From the NCBI RefSeq assembly GCF_006345805.1, contig NC_042997.1, positions 151,900,001 to 151,964,000 on the forward strand: DNA of 64,000 bases, written 5' to 3'. Below, piece after piece: positions 39,376-52,944 of the stretch (position 1 is the stretch's first letter; every line of letters begins with the position of its first letter). The notes below the pieces were generated by a model. That model did not search any database. It was not told the DNA's origin and worked only from the letters and a program-made list of their open reading frames with translations. A program made the position numbers and the translations under genes. Origin of the DNA: Octopus sinensis (lineage: Eukaryota).

Positions 39376-39918
39376 CGTCAGTGTGACTCAATTTATCTCT
39401 TCGCATTTTTGGGTTTCCACTGCTATATTTTGCTCTCTCAATTCCTTCTTCTACCATTTCTCCGGCCCTTCTCTCTTACAAACTTCCTCTCTCCATTTCT
39501 TTCCCTTTTTTTTCTATCTGCCAATTCATTTATCTTCTTCTCCCAGTCTCACTACACAAATCATCGCAACCTTATTAATCATCAAAAACCCACTGCTTCT
39601 ACCAAGAAACCCTGCTTGTCGAAGTTAGGAAAACAGCTAACATTTGCTTTGTTGTTTCCTAATACAACATCGACCACAACCCATCTTGGTAGTTTTGATT
39701 ACAACTAATAACAAGACTGTTGCACATGCGTGTCAACACAATTTGTCAGCCTCAAATCTCGCTCCCCATGTAACATTTACAAACTTTTTTTCCTTTTCTC
39801 TGTCTTTGTTTACTAAACGTTTATATTCTTCATATTTGTATTTTTTTACGAAATTATTCGCTGGCAGTCGGTTTCTGATTTTTAATCATTATCATCATTA
39901 TTTTCCATTCTCCACTGT

Positions 39919-39979
<61 letters not shown>

Positions 39980-40068
39980 GCTACTACTACTACTACTAAG
40001 TAAGTGTAATACGAGAAATGAAAGAAGAAAATATGGTAGAAAAACATATCGTTATTGTCGTAACATTA

Positions 40069-40147
<79 letters not shown>

Positions 40148-40483
40148 TGTTGTAGTAGTAGCTGAAAACGAAGAAGAAGAAGAAGAAGAGTACCAACAAC
40201 TACAAGCAGCAACACACACACACATTATACATACATATAATATATTTATATATATTTATATATATATATACATGTATATATGTATATATGTATGTATACA
40301 CATATTTATATACATACAGGCCTACGTACATCTGTGCACGTACACATGTATACAAACATATATGCATACGTTTGATATACGTATGTATGTATGTGTGTAT
40401 GTATGTATGTATCAGAATGATGTATAATTTCATAATTCGTTTATGCCTTTTCGTATAGTTTATTTTTGTATAATTCGTATAAA

Positions 40484-40556
<73 letters not shown>

Positions 40557-40848
40557 GTATGCCAGTGTTGTGTATAGGATGCCTGAATCACTGTGTAAAG
40601 TGTAACTCTTCATCGCCCTCACCATTTTGGCAAGTTAATCTTGTTCTTATTTTACTGTTCATATACTGTTGTTGCAATTTTATTATTACTTATTTATTGA
40701 TGTGTATTTCTTGTTTTTCAATCTCATCTTTTTGATGTAAACCCCTCGCTGTGTCTTGTTTACTGTTTCCTTTTGTATGTCATCTTTGTATTATTCGAAA
40801 CGTCTTCTGTCCTTGTGGCCAATCGTCATCATCATCATCATCATCACA

Positions 40849-40896
<48 letters not shown>

Positions 40897-41539
40897 TGAT
40901 CATCGTCGTCGTCGTCGTCGTCGTTGTCATCATCATCATCATCATAATATTTTTTTCTTTTTTACTTTTCGTCTCTTTTCTGTGAGAAATCTTGATTGCT
41001 CATTCATGGCTGCTTATCAGTCGAGGAAAACGATGTTTTGCTAATTCCAGTCAGTATTTACACGTTTGTATAAATTTTTTTTGCCAACGAAGCTCTAACT
41101 GTTTTACAAGTTTACATGATTGTTTGATTGCTTTTGTAAACATGGTTGAGCAAATGTTTTGTGGGGAAAAGGGAGGGGGTGAATGAGATTGAGAGAAGTG
41201 GATACAGAGAATCAGACAAACGGATAGAGAGAGACAAATAGATAAATGTGCATAAGGACAGACATATTACAGGAATTGCGAACAACGGAATAAATGAATG
41301 AATGAACGAAACAACGAAAAGCTGGATTATTAAACGAATAAGCAAATTAACGAATGGACAAATGAATAACATATTCTTTTTCGGAATAAAAAAAATAATA
41401 AACATTGCTGATTTTCATTGCAGATTAGAACAACTATTACGATGACTCAGAAGTGAAATCTTTTCGATTACCAAACTCTTTGGTTAAGGACTTTTTTGCA
41501 TTTTGAAATCACTTGTTCCGTTGTATTTCATCATCATTG

Positions 41540-41780
41540 TGGAGGCGCGTGGATAAGTGGTTAGAGGTGTCAGCACCATGATCGCAAGATTGTAGTTTCG
41601 ATTCTTGGACCGGGCGACACGTTGTGTTCTTGAGCAAAACACTTCATTTCACGTTGCTCAGCTGGTAAAAATGAGTAACGCTGCGATGGACTGGCGTCCC
41701 GTCCAGCTAGGGAACACATACGCCATTGAAACCGGGAAACCGGGCCCATGAGCCTGGCTAGGCTTTAAAAAGGGCTCATA
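41540..41780 (+). mobile_element. SINE family C (CORE-like body) with tail Y
   Basis: tRNA-like head, CTTGAGCAAAACACTTCATTTCACGTTGCTC, CTGCGATGGACTGGCGTCCCGTCCAG. Confidence 0.85.
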
Positions 41781-41789
41781 TATTTTAGT

Positions 41790-42068
41790 GGAGGTACATG
41801 GCCTAGTGGTTAGAGCAGCGGACTCGCGGTTGAGGGATCGCCGGTTCGAATGTCAGACCGAGCGATGTATGTGTTTATGAGCGAAACACCTAAGCTCCAC
41901 GCGGCTCCGGCAGAAGGTAACGGCGAACTGCTGCTGACTCTTTCGCCACATCTTTCTCACACTCTTTCTTCCTGCATCTTGCACCTCACCTGCGACGGAC
42001 TGGCGCCCCTCCAGGTGGGGAACTTATACGCCAAGGAAACCGGGAAACCGTGGCTCGAAAAGGAACAA
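41790..42068 (+). mobile_element. tRNA-derived SINE with body 2 and tail Y
   Basis: A-box TGGCCTAGTGG, B-box GGTTCGAAT; body as 34300-34493; tail CTGCGACGGACTGGCG...GAAACCGGGAAACC as 41680-41745. Confidence 0.85.
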
Positions 42069-42207
42069 ATAAAAAACAATTTCATCATTAAACTTAGCTG
42101 CAATGCTCCAGACAAGTGAGCTGCTACGTGGTAATTCGATCTGCTAGAAATAGCAGCCTCAAATATTAAGGAAAAAATGTATGTATAATAGATTAGATAC
42201 TGTACTT

Positions 42208-42611
42208 ACTCTTTTACTCTTTACACATTTACTTGTTTCAGTCATTTGACAGCGGCCATGCTGGAGCACCGCCTTTAATCGAGCAACTCGACCCCGGGAC
42301 TTATTCTTTTGTAAGCCCAGTACTTATTCTATCGGTCTCTTTTGCCGAACGGACACATAAACACACCAGCATCGGTTGTCAAGCAATGCTAGGGGGACAA
42401 ACACAGACACACAAACACACACACGCATGTATATATATACATATATACGACGCGCTTCTTTCAGTTTCCGTCTACTAAATCCACTCACAAGGCTTTGGTC
42501 GGCCCGAAGCTATAGTAGAAGACACTTGCCCAAGGTGTCACGCAGTGAGACTGAACCCGGAACCATGTGGTTGGTAAACAAGCTACTTACCAAACAGACA
42601 CTCCTGCGCCT
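42208..42611 (-). mobile_element. SINE family A, full-length, nested in a family D repeat
   Basis: Collinear with 28801-29220. Confidence 0.92.
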
Positions 42612-43170
42612 ATAGTTATAGACATTCTATTAAAAAATAAACGCCAGAAAGGTTGTGGTTTGAACGTCTTTGATCATATTCCTCTTCGATCAGAACTGTC
42701 CTTGAGTTAAACAACGAGAGCCTCTAGTTTCTTAAACAATTGTTATAAGATTTATAAATTATCTGACTTATGAAGCGTAAAACATTGTTAAGCAATGTTT
42801 CTTAAGAATCTTTGTGATACATGAAAAGATTAACAAACTGCAGAGATTTGACATCTTTTTTTTTTGTTTTTCACTCCTTTTATTTGGCTTTCTCTCCAAT
42901 CAAGTAAACGATGACCTATCGACTTTCCACTGATATCATAAAACCTTGTAAGTTTTTCACAGATGTATTAAAAGGTTTTCTTAACGAATTCGGTGACTGA
43001 AAATGATTTACCAAGTTACTTAGACACTTAGCTGAAAGGTTAGGCAATAAAACCATTTGTTTCTTCATTTATTTCGAAGTTGGTTATTCTAAGACGCGTA
43101 AAAAAAAAGGTCTGAGGAAAATGGTGGAGGTGAGCGTCGTCAGTCAGCTGTATATTCTTTAGTAGTAGTG

Positions 43171-43246
<76 letters not shown>

Positions 43247-43646
43247 CAGCAGCAGCGGCGGCGGCGGCGGTGGTGGTGGTGGTGGTGATAGTTTTTTTCT
43301 TGTTCTTGGTCTTATTCTTGTAATCAATGTTATTGCGATTCTTCTTCCTCGTTCCCCTCCATCTCCTCTTCTTCTTCTATTTTTTTTTCTTTTTCCTTAG
43401 CCTTAAGTCAATACTGATCAAACAAACCTGTGGGCAAAAGGACTACTGCTTGGTCCATTCGATATTTTCCAGACAGTGTGAGTGATACTACATCATCCAA
43501 TGTATCCTGTTTTATTTTCCCTAAAATGAAGATTTAGCTTCTATTATCATCAACTCAAACCCCTATAAAGTAGCTATACATTAGCTGTATCTAGTACCTG
43601 TCAATAATTTGTTACAGCATCTTGATTTCAGTAATAGCTACAAATA

Positions 43647-44528
43647 CGAGGTGGTAGCAAAAGGTTCACGGACCAGTTATGTTAACCAAAAATAACTTAT
43701 TGACCTAAGTTTTAACACAATCTCCTTCGAAATAGTCACATTGAGCAGCAATACAGTGGTCCCAGCGTTACTGCCACTTTTGGAATCCGGCTTTGAAGTA
43801 ATTTTCCGTAAGCGAGTCGACGACTTTCTGCGATTCGCGCTAGATCTGGACAACGGTGTTAAAACGGCGACCTTTGAGCTGCATTTTCATCTTGGGGAAG
43901 AGACGAAAGTCCGCAGGTGATAAATCAGGTGAATAGGGCGGGTACCGAAGCGACATCAGATTGTTTTTGGCGAGAAACTCACGAGTGAGAAGGGCTCAGT
44001 GACAAGGTACATTGTCGACGTAAGGAACCCAATTCTTCACGCTCCACATTCACGGAATGTCCTCCTTCAAACGCTTCAAAACGTTGCAATACAAGTCTCA
44101 ATTGACGACCTGGCCCTGGGGAGTGAATTCTAGATGTACAATACTACATTTCCGTGGATGGCGCTCGAGGCATGACTTCCAGATCGCTCATCATCTTCCG
44201 TGGAGGTTCCTCCGCTTTTCAAGCGCCCGTGCCACTCGAAACATTACATATTGCCTCGCCGCCGTAAGCTTGCCAAAGTATGCTCGATGTCTTTGTAGCA
44301 GACTTCTCAAGTTTAATGCAAAATTTAACGCTGACAAAATCGCAGACTACAGCATACACCTGATCACAAAAACACACATTTTACAACTTGTGAAGTAAAC
44401 ATAGCTTTGTCATTCGACACACTTGCCTCATGAAGATCACTGCTAGTGCTCACTGTGTATTCAACCGCGTGCTGCCATCTGTTGGTGCGCTACAGAAACT
44501 AGTTCGGGAACTTTTTGATATCGCCTCG
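43647..44528 (-). mobile_element. Internally deleted mariner transposon
   Basis: TA-flanked imperfect TIRs of about 32 bp (CGAGGTGGTAGCAAAAGGTTCACGGACCAGTT versus rc CGAGGCGATATCAAAAAGTTCCCGAACTAGTT); minus-strand VKFCIKLEKSAT, YSPDLSPADFRLFPKMK..LKGRRF, FQKWQ*RWDHCIAAQCDYFEGD. Confidence 0.92.
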
Positions 44529-46243
44529 TAAATATCTTAATGAGATAGGTAGTGGCAAAATAGACGGTGATGATAAAGGCAGGACTTGTCTTCTCTCTTG
44601 TTCTGCAATATATCAGGAACAAAAGTACTCGACGGTCAACGACTATGAACCCTATATTTAAATGACATACGATACACAGTATCGCTCCAACACACATAAA
44701 CATTACTGAAGATGTGAAGAGCATTTCGATAGCTTGCAGCACTTTGTTCGGTCCTTTCTATAATCTAACACTGAAGCTAGAAGTGACAATACTGCCTTTT
44801 ACATTCAATTATATAACCAAAACCGCCAAAGTGGATTCTAATGAAATCAATTGTTTTCGTTATGGACGGATGAGATTTAAGATTTTGTCAAATGTATTAA
44901 TTATAAAACTGATGGCAGTGAATTCTTCGTCTTTTTCGACGCTGAGCATTCATTTATTGATCGACTGAATTCCTACTCTTAGAAATAACGTTTAAGTGGC
45001 TGAATATTCTAAAGACACGAGTACTCTGAATACAACTCCAAGACCGAATCATATTGTGACAAAAATAGATGTTTGAACTACAGATAAAATACAGAAAGGC
45101 ACAAGTTGACATCGAAGAATCAACACCACTTTACTGACCCTGAAAAGTTGAAATGCAAACGTGCTCTTGGCAGAATTTGAAGCCAGCGTGCTGAAAACAA
45201 AAACGAGTACCATAAGTGATGCTATCTGACACTTTGATGTTTCCTGAAATTCATTGCTATTTACATAACTATCCCCAAAGATAACATTCTATTCTCTTTA
45301 TATTTCAATACATGTGATTTGGATCTCTGTTCTCTTAGCCATTTTGAACCATACTTAAAAAGAGTCACTTTAAACGAGGGAAGATTTACCAGTGTTCTAG
45401 TTAAGGGTGCAAAAATTTTAATACCTTCGATCAGCTGGGAAAATGGCGCAGGTATTATTTGAAATTAGGAAGCCTGATCTTATGTCTGTGGAATAAATTA
45501 TTTAAGAGAAAGTTGCTGCACAATAAAAGCTACATACTCAGTAAACAGTGTGAAAATCTTGATTTATAAGTGAAGTCATTTCAGTTCACTTATATTCATT
45601 ATCTCCCTTGAATTTGTGGCCTTAAGTTAGAATTCTGTGGAATGTTAACTAGATGGAAGTCATAATTCGCAGAGTTGATCGGAGACAGAGGAAATGAAAT
45701 GATACCGGACGGTTTGTGTCCTAACACTAGTTCTAAGATATGTCTTTTGAAATGAAGCTCTATTAACAATTTTATCAGGATGGCTAGTAGTCAACTTTAT
45801 ACCGTGCCAGAATAACGCGAAACAATACGTTTTCTATCCTGTACACGATACTGTACTCTTCTTGTGCGGTAAAAATCATTGAACTCAAAAGTTACAGGCC
45901 ACTAAACTGGATATAAATTATCGTTGCTATTGTTGATATACATTTCGATGATTTGCAGTACTAAGGTCAAACCTTCAACATGAATTACTTAGAAGTGCAC
46001 GGGGAAGAATGAAAACGCTCTCGATACACAAAACAGAGATAGAGTCCAGTGTAATACCCTTACCATCTAAATTAGCCTAATATGATCCATAGTGAACACC
46101 TCTACTTGATTGTTTGCTTTGCTAGAAATAGTTGCCAATTTTCCCTTAAATTACACTCTGCCGCCTTAAGGTTGTATAAGCTACTGCTGAAACGCTTCCG
46201 ATCAGAAGTTTTCAAAATCGCTGCTTCGCTGGGAAATGCAACA

Positions 46244-46360
<117 letters not shown>

Positions 46361-47900
46361 ACCTCCTTCTCTCTATGTTCCTGCATCTCCAAAGGGAGAT
46401 AATCCTTATTAATTTTCATTGGTTACTACATACCGATCTTACGTTATCTTAATTTAATTAAGATATTAATTTTGAAAATTAGTATTCATTTCATTATTCT
46501 GTATTTAGAAAACTTAGACATTTAGATTGATTTTAAAACGTACTAGCTTAATGCGAGACGACAATACTATAGAAATTTCAGCGCAAATAGCTCGTCACAT
46601 GATATGACGAACCGCTAATAACGAAGCTTCGAAGTCACAGTCAACAATGAATTTCAGTCTAATAAACAGTTTATGCTTTTTGTTTGTACTGAGACCGTTG
46701 TCAATGAGTGCTTCCTGTTATTTTAGAGATACCCTCAAGTAATTACCTCAAGTTAAAATTTAAAGATACGCAACGGTGGCAAGAGTTAACAAGTTTTGGT
46801 TTTATTATATCTCATCAGTGAAGCAGAGTTTAACCTAATGATATAGTGAAGATGGTACTCACCTTCCCATGTGACAAAGTGGTATGAGTAGCCACTATAA
46901 AGCCAGACAGTCAGTCGTTGTAGGAGGTCAGTAGAGTCGCTGTACGAGTTCTTAGTTGGAGTCAGTGGCAGTTACGTGATATGTACGAGTTCGAGTTACT
47001 ATCAAGGTAGAAGTTTCAAAGTCATTGTCTTGCGGAGCTATCAACGAGAGTACGATAGACGAGTCAAAGATAATAAGACGCAGAAAACCACCACAACATA
47101 ATAGTAGCGACAAGAATATTACAGTGCCGGCAATAACATACAAGTGGACAAGGGCTTCTATAACTTCGAACAATTTTTAGAAACTATAGTTTTTACGGCA
47201 AAATTCTTCATTGATTAGGCAATTTAAAATAATGACATTCGAAAATTTCCCCGGGGTGACTTTTGCAAAAATAGCATACAGGTAAGTGCAGGGTATAAGC
47301 TTAATGGAATGAGCAAAAATGAGTGTTTCGTTAATTAATTAATTAATTAATTAATTAATATTTCACCCATAATGAGAACTGTAAAATTTAATCGTGGCTA
47401 TATTGTCGACATTTATAGCTGCAGCGTTGTTTGCAGTAGGGATAGTAGGATTGATGGTAATGGGGTGATGGAGTAATGGGATTGGCGGTGTTCATAGTTG
47501 TGGTAGCGGCACTCATGTTTCCGGTAGTAGTAGTAATAGTACAGGCGTATTTACTGCTGGTGAATGTATAACAGAGATGAAGGTCTTATTTCGTTATTAC
47601 AGCCACCAGTTAAGCTTTAAGTCAGAGTGATAGAATGCTTGGTGATGCCGGCATTGATAGCGTTGACACTGCTGTTGTGTTGTCGTTAACTTCAACGAAT
47701 AGATGAGTTTCGCCTGTAAAGTATCCTCTTATAAATTTTCAGTAAAGAGATGTTCACTTTTCGCACTGCTTCCTGTCTCTCGGCGTTTAATCGTAACTAT
47801 TACAACGAGGCTCGTAATCTCATTATTTATAATCACAGGAGGTAGCTTTTTTACTCATATCAAGATTTATCCCATGTCTATTAATACATTTTAACACGCA

Positions 47901-48222
47901 GGAAGAAGAAGAAGAGGAAGAAGAAGAAGGAGAAGAAGAAGAAAAGAAGAAGAAGAAGAAGAAGAAAAAGAAGAAAAAGAAGAAGAAGAAGAAAAAAGAA
48001 GAAGAAGAAGAAGAAGAAGAAAAAGAAGAAGGAGGAGAAGAGGAAGAAGAAGAAGAACGTTAAGAAGGAGGAGAAGAGGAGGAAGAAGAACGTTAAGAAG
48101 GAGGAGAAGAAGAAGAAGAAGAAGAAGAAGAAGAAGAAGAAAAGAAGAAGAAGAAGAAGAAGAAGAAGAAGAAGAAGAAGAAGAAGAAGAAGAAGAACAT
48201 TAAGAAGGAGAAGAAGAAGAAT
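47901..48222. repeat. (GAA)n-rich polypurine tract with higher-order GAAGAACGTTAAGAAGGAG unit
   Basis: Directly visible; unit recurs near 48052, 48085 and 48192. Confidence 0.95.
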
Positions 48223-48961
48223 GGGATGGGTCGAGGAAGGAGAAGCAGAAGAGGAGGACGAAAAGTATACGGGTCTTACTTTTAACTGTGTACTCGTCTG
48301 AAAGGTATTTGCATCAGAACATGATTTGTGTTATGAATGATCAATAGTTTTGTCATGTTAGAGATATCCAAAGCTTAACAATTGTACAAGGAAAGAGCAT
48401 CATTCTGCCCTAGATAAACTCATTCATACGCATACACATATACGTAGTCTAAAACGAGCGAGTGCCTATATAAACACCCATGAATCTGCATACGCATACA
48501 CACACCATCACATTCATGTATGTATGTATGTATATACACACACACTGAAACAAATTCTTACATACCTACCTAACTACCTTCCTATCTACCTACCTATCTA
48601 CCTACCTAAATACACACATACATACGTATGTACATACTTAACTACAGCTATAGGAATATGTATGCACACACACTTACAATTGAATCATTTAGTTGTCTGT
48701 AATATTGGTTAAAAATATATCGAGAACACTAATTATTTTCACTTGTGAAATAATTACAGAAGTAATTATAGTACATAATTCGTTCTAGATTATTCAGACA
48801 CCGCCTACAAATACGATTGAAGAGAAAGAGGTGGAGGGAGAGAAATATAATATGGACGTCCACTTACAAATACAAATTACAGGTAGTATCAAGTGCACAC
48901 ACACATGCACACATGCACATATCTATGTGAGAATGTATGCAAATATCTATGTTTGTGTATG

Positions 48962-48994
<33 letters not shown>

Positions 48995-49036
48995 TATGTA
49001 TGTATGTATTACTCTGTGTGTATGTATATGTGTGTG

Positions 49037-49100
<64 letters not shown>

Positions 49101-49240
49101 ATATATATATTATACATACCTATATATATAATATATATGAATTATATATGTATGTATGTATGTGTGTATGTATATATACGTGTGTGTATATGTTTGTATA
49201 TATATATTATATACATATTACACACTTACATGTATATATA

Positions 49241-49950
49241 TTCTTTCACGTATATAATTATAAACATATAATTACAATTAAGGGCTGCTGGAAATGATAA
49301 CCACCAATGCTAGAAATAGGTGTCAAATACCTACAATCCACGAAAAAAGGAAAATTGCCTATACAGTAATTTTTAAGTGCTAAGCCACTGATATAATCTC
49401 TTTTATGATTATATCCTTATCTTATAAGCATATAAATAATTTGGTAGTTCTCTAGTTAGAATATTTCAAGTGGGACTGCATTTACCCCGTATGACTTCTG
49501 ACATTATTCACATGGTCGAGATGGGCTGGAAGATGAAATGTATACACGGGAAATGTATGTGTACATTGGTATCTGCGGGTGAATTTACCAGTGAGTACGT
49601 ATATTTCTCTGTTATATATTAATGGTTTATTCTACTGAAGACCGTAACGCAATTTTTTGCAGAGCGTGAAATTTTGAGGTATAGAATTATCCAATATTTT
49701 TTGTGTTTTCTTGCTCAATCTCTCGCGTTCGTACCTGTGATTGAATATAGAAGACAAATTGTAGAGTAGATTGTAGGTATTTGACACCTATTTCTAGCAT
49801 TGGCGCTTGTCATTTCCAGTAGCGCTTTACTATAATGATTTCCTTATAATTATATACGTGAAAAAATTAATATTGTCTATACGGTCATTTTTAAATACTA
49901 GGCTACTGAGACAATCATTTTATGATTATTACCTTATCATAGAAGTACAC
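49241..49950 (+). mobile_element. Penelope-like pLTR arrangement (inverted plus direct repeats) with hammerhead-like motif
   Basis: Inverted repeat 49241-49341 / 49766-49866; direct repeat 49342-49432 / 49860-49950; motif at 49629-49687. Confidence 0.65.
49629..49687 (+). ncRNA. Type I hammerhead-like motif with self-complementary stem III
   Basis: ATTCTA-CTGAAGA-[CCGTAACGCAATTTTTTGCAGAGCGT]-GAA-ATTTTGAGGT-A-TAGAAT. Confidence 0.55.
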
Positions 49951-49989
49951 GTGTATGTGTGTGTGTGTGTGTGCGCATATATATATATA

Positions 49990-50036
<47 letters not shown>

Positions 50037-50430
50037 GTGTGTGTGTATGTATGTGTGTGTGCGTACGTACGATTATTTCTATATATGTATTTATAATTCA
50101 TGTTCGAATGTATAGTGGAATTTATATTTATAAATCATAATATATAAATAAGTACCGTCCCGAAATAAATTTAAATTTAAGAAACATCTTTTTTCTCTTA
50201 CTATTGTGATAAACATACAATTTCCGGTTTTATGGGCAGAAAATTTAGATCGAGGCTGTATCTTATTGAAAAGGCGTAACTTTAATTTCAAACACGTGCA
50301 TATTCTCGCGTGTTTATGCAAGGAGACATGACTGTGTACGCGCGTGCGCACAGACACACACACATACACACACACACAACACACACACACACACGCACAC
50401 ACACACACATATATATATATATGCATATAT

Positions 50431-50640
50431 CGCCATGTTGATTCGCTAGCTTCTGCACGCATTTTTTTCTCTCCTTGTTTCTTTCCGTGTTTCTTTTCTG
50501 TGTATCTTTCTGTTGAAGAGCGTAGGCTCGCAACGTAAAAGACTTGTTTTATTTATATTCCTGAGCGCCATACTAATACAATTGTTTGTTTGTATTCCAC
50601 CTGCCTTCGTCTTTTATTTATTTTCATAAAGCTTCCCGTT
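50431..50640 (+). mobile_element. About 200-bp hammerhead-bearing element (same family as 14853-15048), motif at 50505-50542
   Basis: TCTTT-CTGTTGA-A-GAGC-GTAG-GCTC-GCAACGTA-AAAGA; downstream TTCCTG.GCG.C...TAATA...TTCCAC shared; flanked by TA repeats. Confidence 0.7.
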
Positions 50641-50684
50641 ATATATATATATATATATATATGCGTATGAGTGTATAATCGGTT

Positions 50685-50897
50685 TAAAATTTTGGCAGAA
50701 GACCAGCAATGTCGGGGTACGTGAGTGAATCGATTACATCAACCTCAATGCTTAATTTGTACTTATTGTATCAACATCGAAAGGATGAAAAGCAAAGTCG
50801 ACTTTGACCAAATCTGAACTCGGATCATAAAGACGAACAAAAAGCCGTTGAGTATTTCTTTCCCCTTTATCCTTGCGATTCTGCCAACTCAACGCCA
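50685..50897 (-). mobile_element. SINE family B, diverged
   Basis: GAAAGGATGAAAAGCAAAGTCGAC reverse-complement body. Confidence 0.7.
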
Positions 50898-50949
50898 TCA
50901 TTTATGCATAACTACATATTTACATTCATGGTAATATCTTTTAATAAAT

Positions 50950-51220
50950 ACATGGGTTTGTGCTCACGAAGCTTGCTTTGTAATCACATGTGCCCGGGTT
51001 CTGTTTCCACTGCGTGGAATCTTGGGCATGTGGCTACTATTATAGTTCTAGGCTGACGAATGCCACATGAGTGAATTTGGTTGATGGAAGTTGTGAAGAG
51101 ACACGTTATGTGTGTGCTTGTGTGTGTAATTTGCGTCTCTGTTTCATCACCGGTGTTGGTTTGTTTAACGTCCTCGTAACCTAATGGTTCGGCAAAAGAG
51201 ACTGATTGAATATGTACTTA
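50950..51220 (+). mobile_element. SINE family A, diverged
   Basis: CCACTGCGTGG..TCTTGGGCA...GGTTCGGCAAAAGAGAC. Confidence 0.7.
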
Positions 51221-52944
51221 TAACTCATAAACACAATATGTTTTTATGTGTTACTATTAGTTTCATGCGATGAGAGCATGTCAGACAATATTTTCGAAAC
51301 GTCTCGTATCTCAGCACAATCTTCAAGCACTGCCCAAACTAAAAATAAGGCTAAAAGACGAGAGAAAAGACGAGAAAGAAGTAGATATAGATAGTTTTTG
51401 ATGTGAGATCATTTGTTGAAACTAAAATGTTTACAGAGTGAAATGCATGTATTAGCCATTCAAAAATACACAGAAACTGATAACTTCATTTAAACATTTA
51501 TAGTTTGGAATATAGTATCAACATTTTCGTCGCTCGAAAGTGTACTCTTGTTAAGGACAAATGGGTACTGCAGTTTCAGGCGACGAAAATGATGACACAA
51601 TAAATCTTTAAGGGAAGTCAACGGTTTTCGTGTGATTCTGAATGGCTAGCTTACGTCTTCCATGATGCAATCGATTTATGTATAAATGTGTGTGTATGTA
51701 TGAGTGTGTGTGTGTGTAGAGACAGAGAAGTGGGGTGATAGAAAGGCAGATCGATCGATAGATAGATATAGTGAAAAATGTAAGTGTTCTATGTTCATAA
51801 AGTACTGAAAAATAGAATGAACTCAGATACATGTGCAGAGTATAATATTTATGATAGAGTTGTAGAAAATGACCTGTAGGTTTCATCAGGTCGTAGCGTA
51901 TTCAAACTGTGAAATGAGAAAAGTTATTCCATCTTCAATATCTCTCTATTCTACAGATAGATGCTTAACAGAAGATGCATGCAACAGAGAAGTTTAGATT
52001 ATTTAAAACAGAAAGTGTTATGATCGATGAGAATTATAATAGAATGCATATATGTTAAAGCGAATTATAATGGTTCGTAGTGACGGAAAGCAGATGTTTA
52101 GCCTTTCCGACGGTCATCTTCAATGTAGAGCATTCGTATCGAACAGATAGATTACGTATAGTGAGAGAGATGACAAATAGAAAATAGAGGAAATGATGAG
52201 AGGTGGGGAAAGAGAAAATAGTGAAATGTCTCTATGATCTTGGTTATGTTAACTTCGAACAAACTCTCCAATGCTTTAACACCATTATTCGTTCTTGCAC
52301 TGCAGAATTGAGACGAGAGATAATGATAGTACTTTTGATTTACGTTCGTATTTAGCTCCAGATTAGCTTTGATATGACAGATCTATGATAAGATATACTT
52401 CACTTGTGATCATTTCATCCTATTTTCAGTCAATGTGTATTTAATCCGTCATTATCCAATGAGTACATTTCTTTTTTATAATAGTTCGTTGCAATATGAT
52501 GGAAATCTACTTACAATTTTTAGCAAGCAGTATAACCATATAGAGGTTTTAGTTGCGATTGTTTGGCTTATAATTACAGCTTTTCTCTGTACATATGACA
52601 TCGTTATTGCTTATTCCATTACCCTCATGGCAACTCGAATTCAGGAAGCCTATGTTCAAGTGCACTCCAACCGTGACTATATATAGTTTGACATTGACTA
52701 AGCAGTCAGTGATGTCGCAAAAAGTACGGGGAAATCACGTGCTACAACAGTCGTATCTGTCGGTGCAGCTGAAATTTCGTCTACCGATATAATCTGTTCT
52801 GTCTAGCACTTAACGCCTACACAAGATGAAAAATCTCCAGAGTACTACTGCATGTAAGATAACACATCCAAGTTAATTTGGTTGCGGAAATTAAAATTCA
52901 TTACAAGTATTGCTTCTGTCACTAATAGTTAATATATAAAAGTA

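Noticed and set aside
41790-41866. tRNA gene (likewise 7924, 41540, 34420-34493, 61400)
   Set aside because: A and B boxes are present but there is no closed acceptor stem, and each continues into a SINE body
44705-44740. CTGAAGATG...TCGATAGCTT hammerhead-like string
   Set aside because: GAAA is broken and the stems are unconvincing; no second copy in the window
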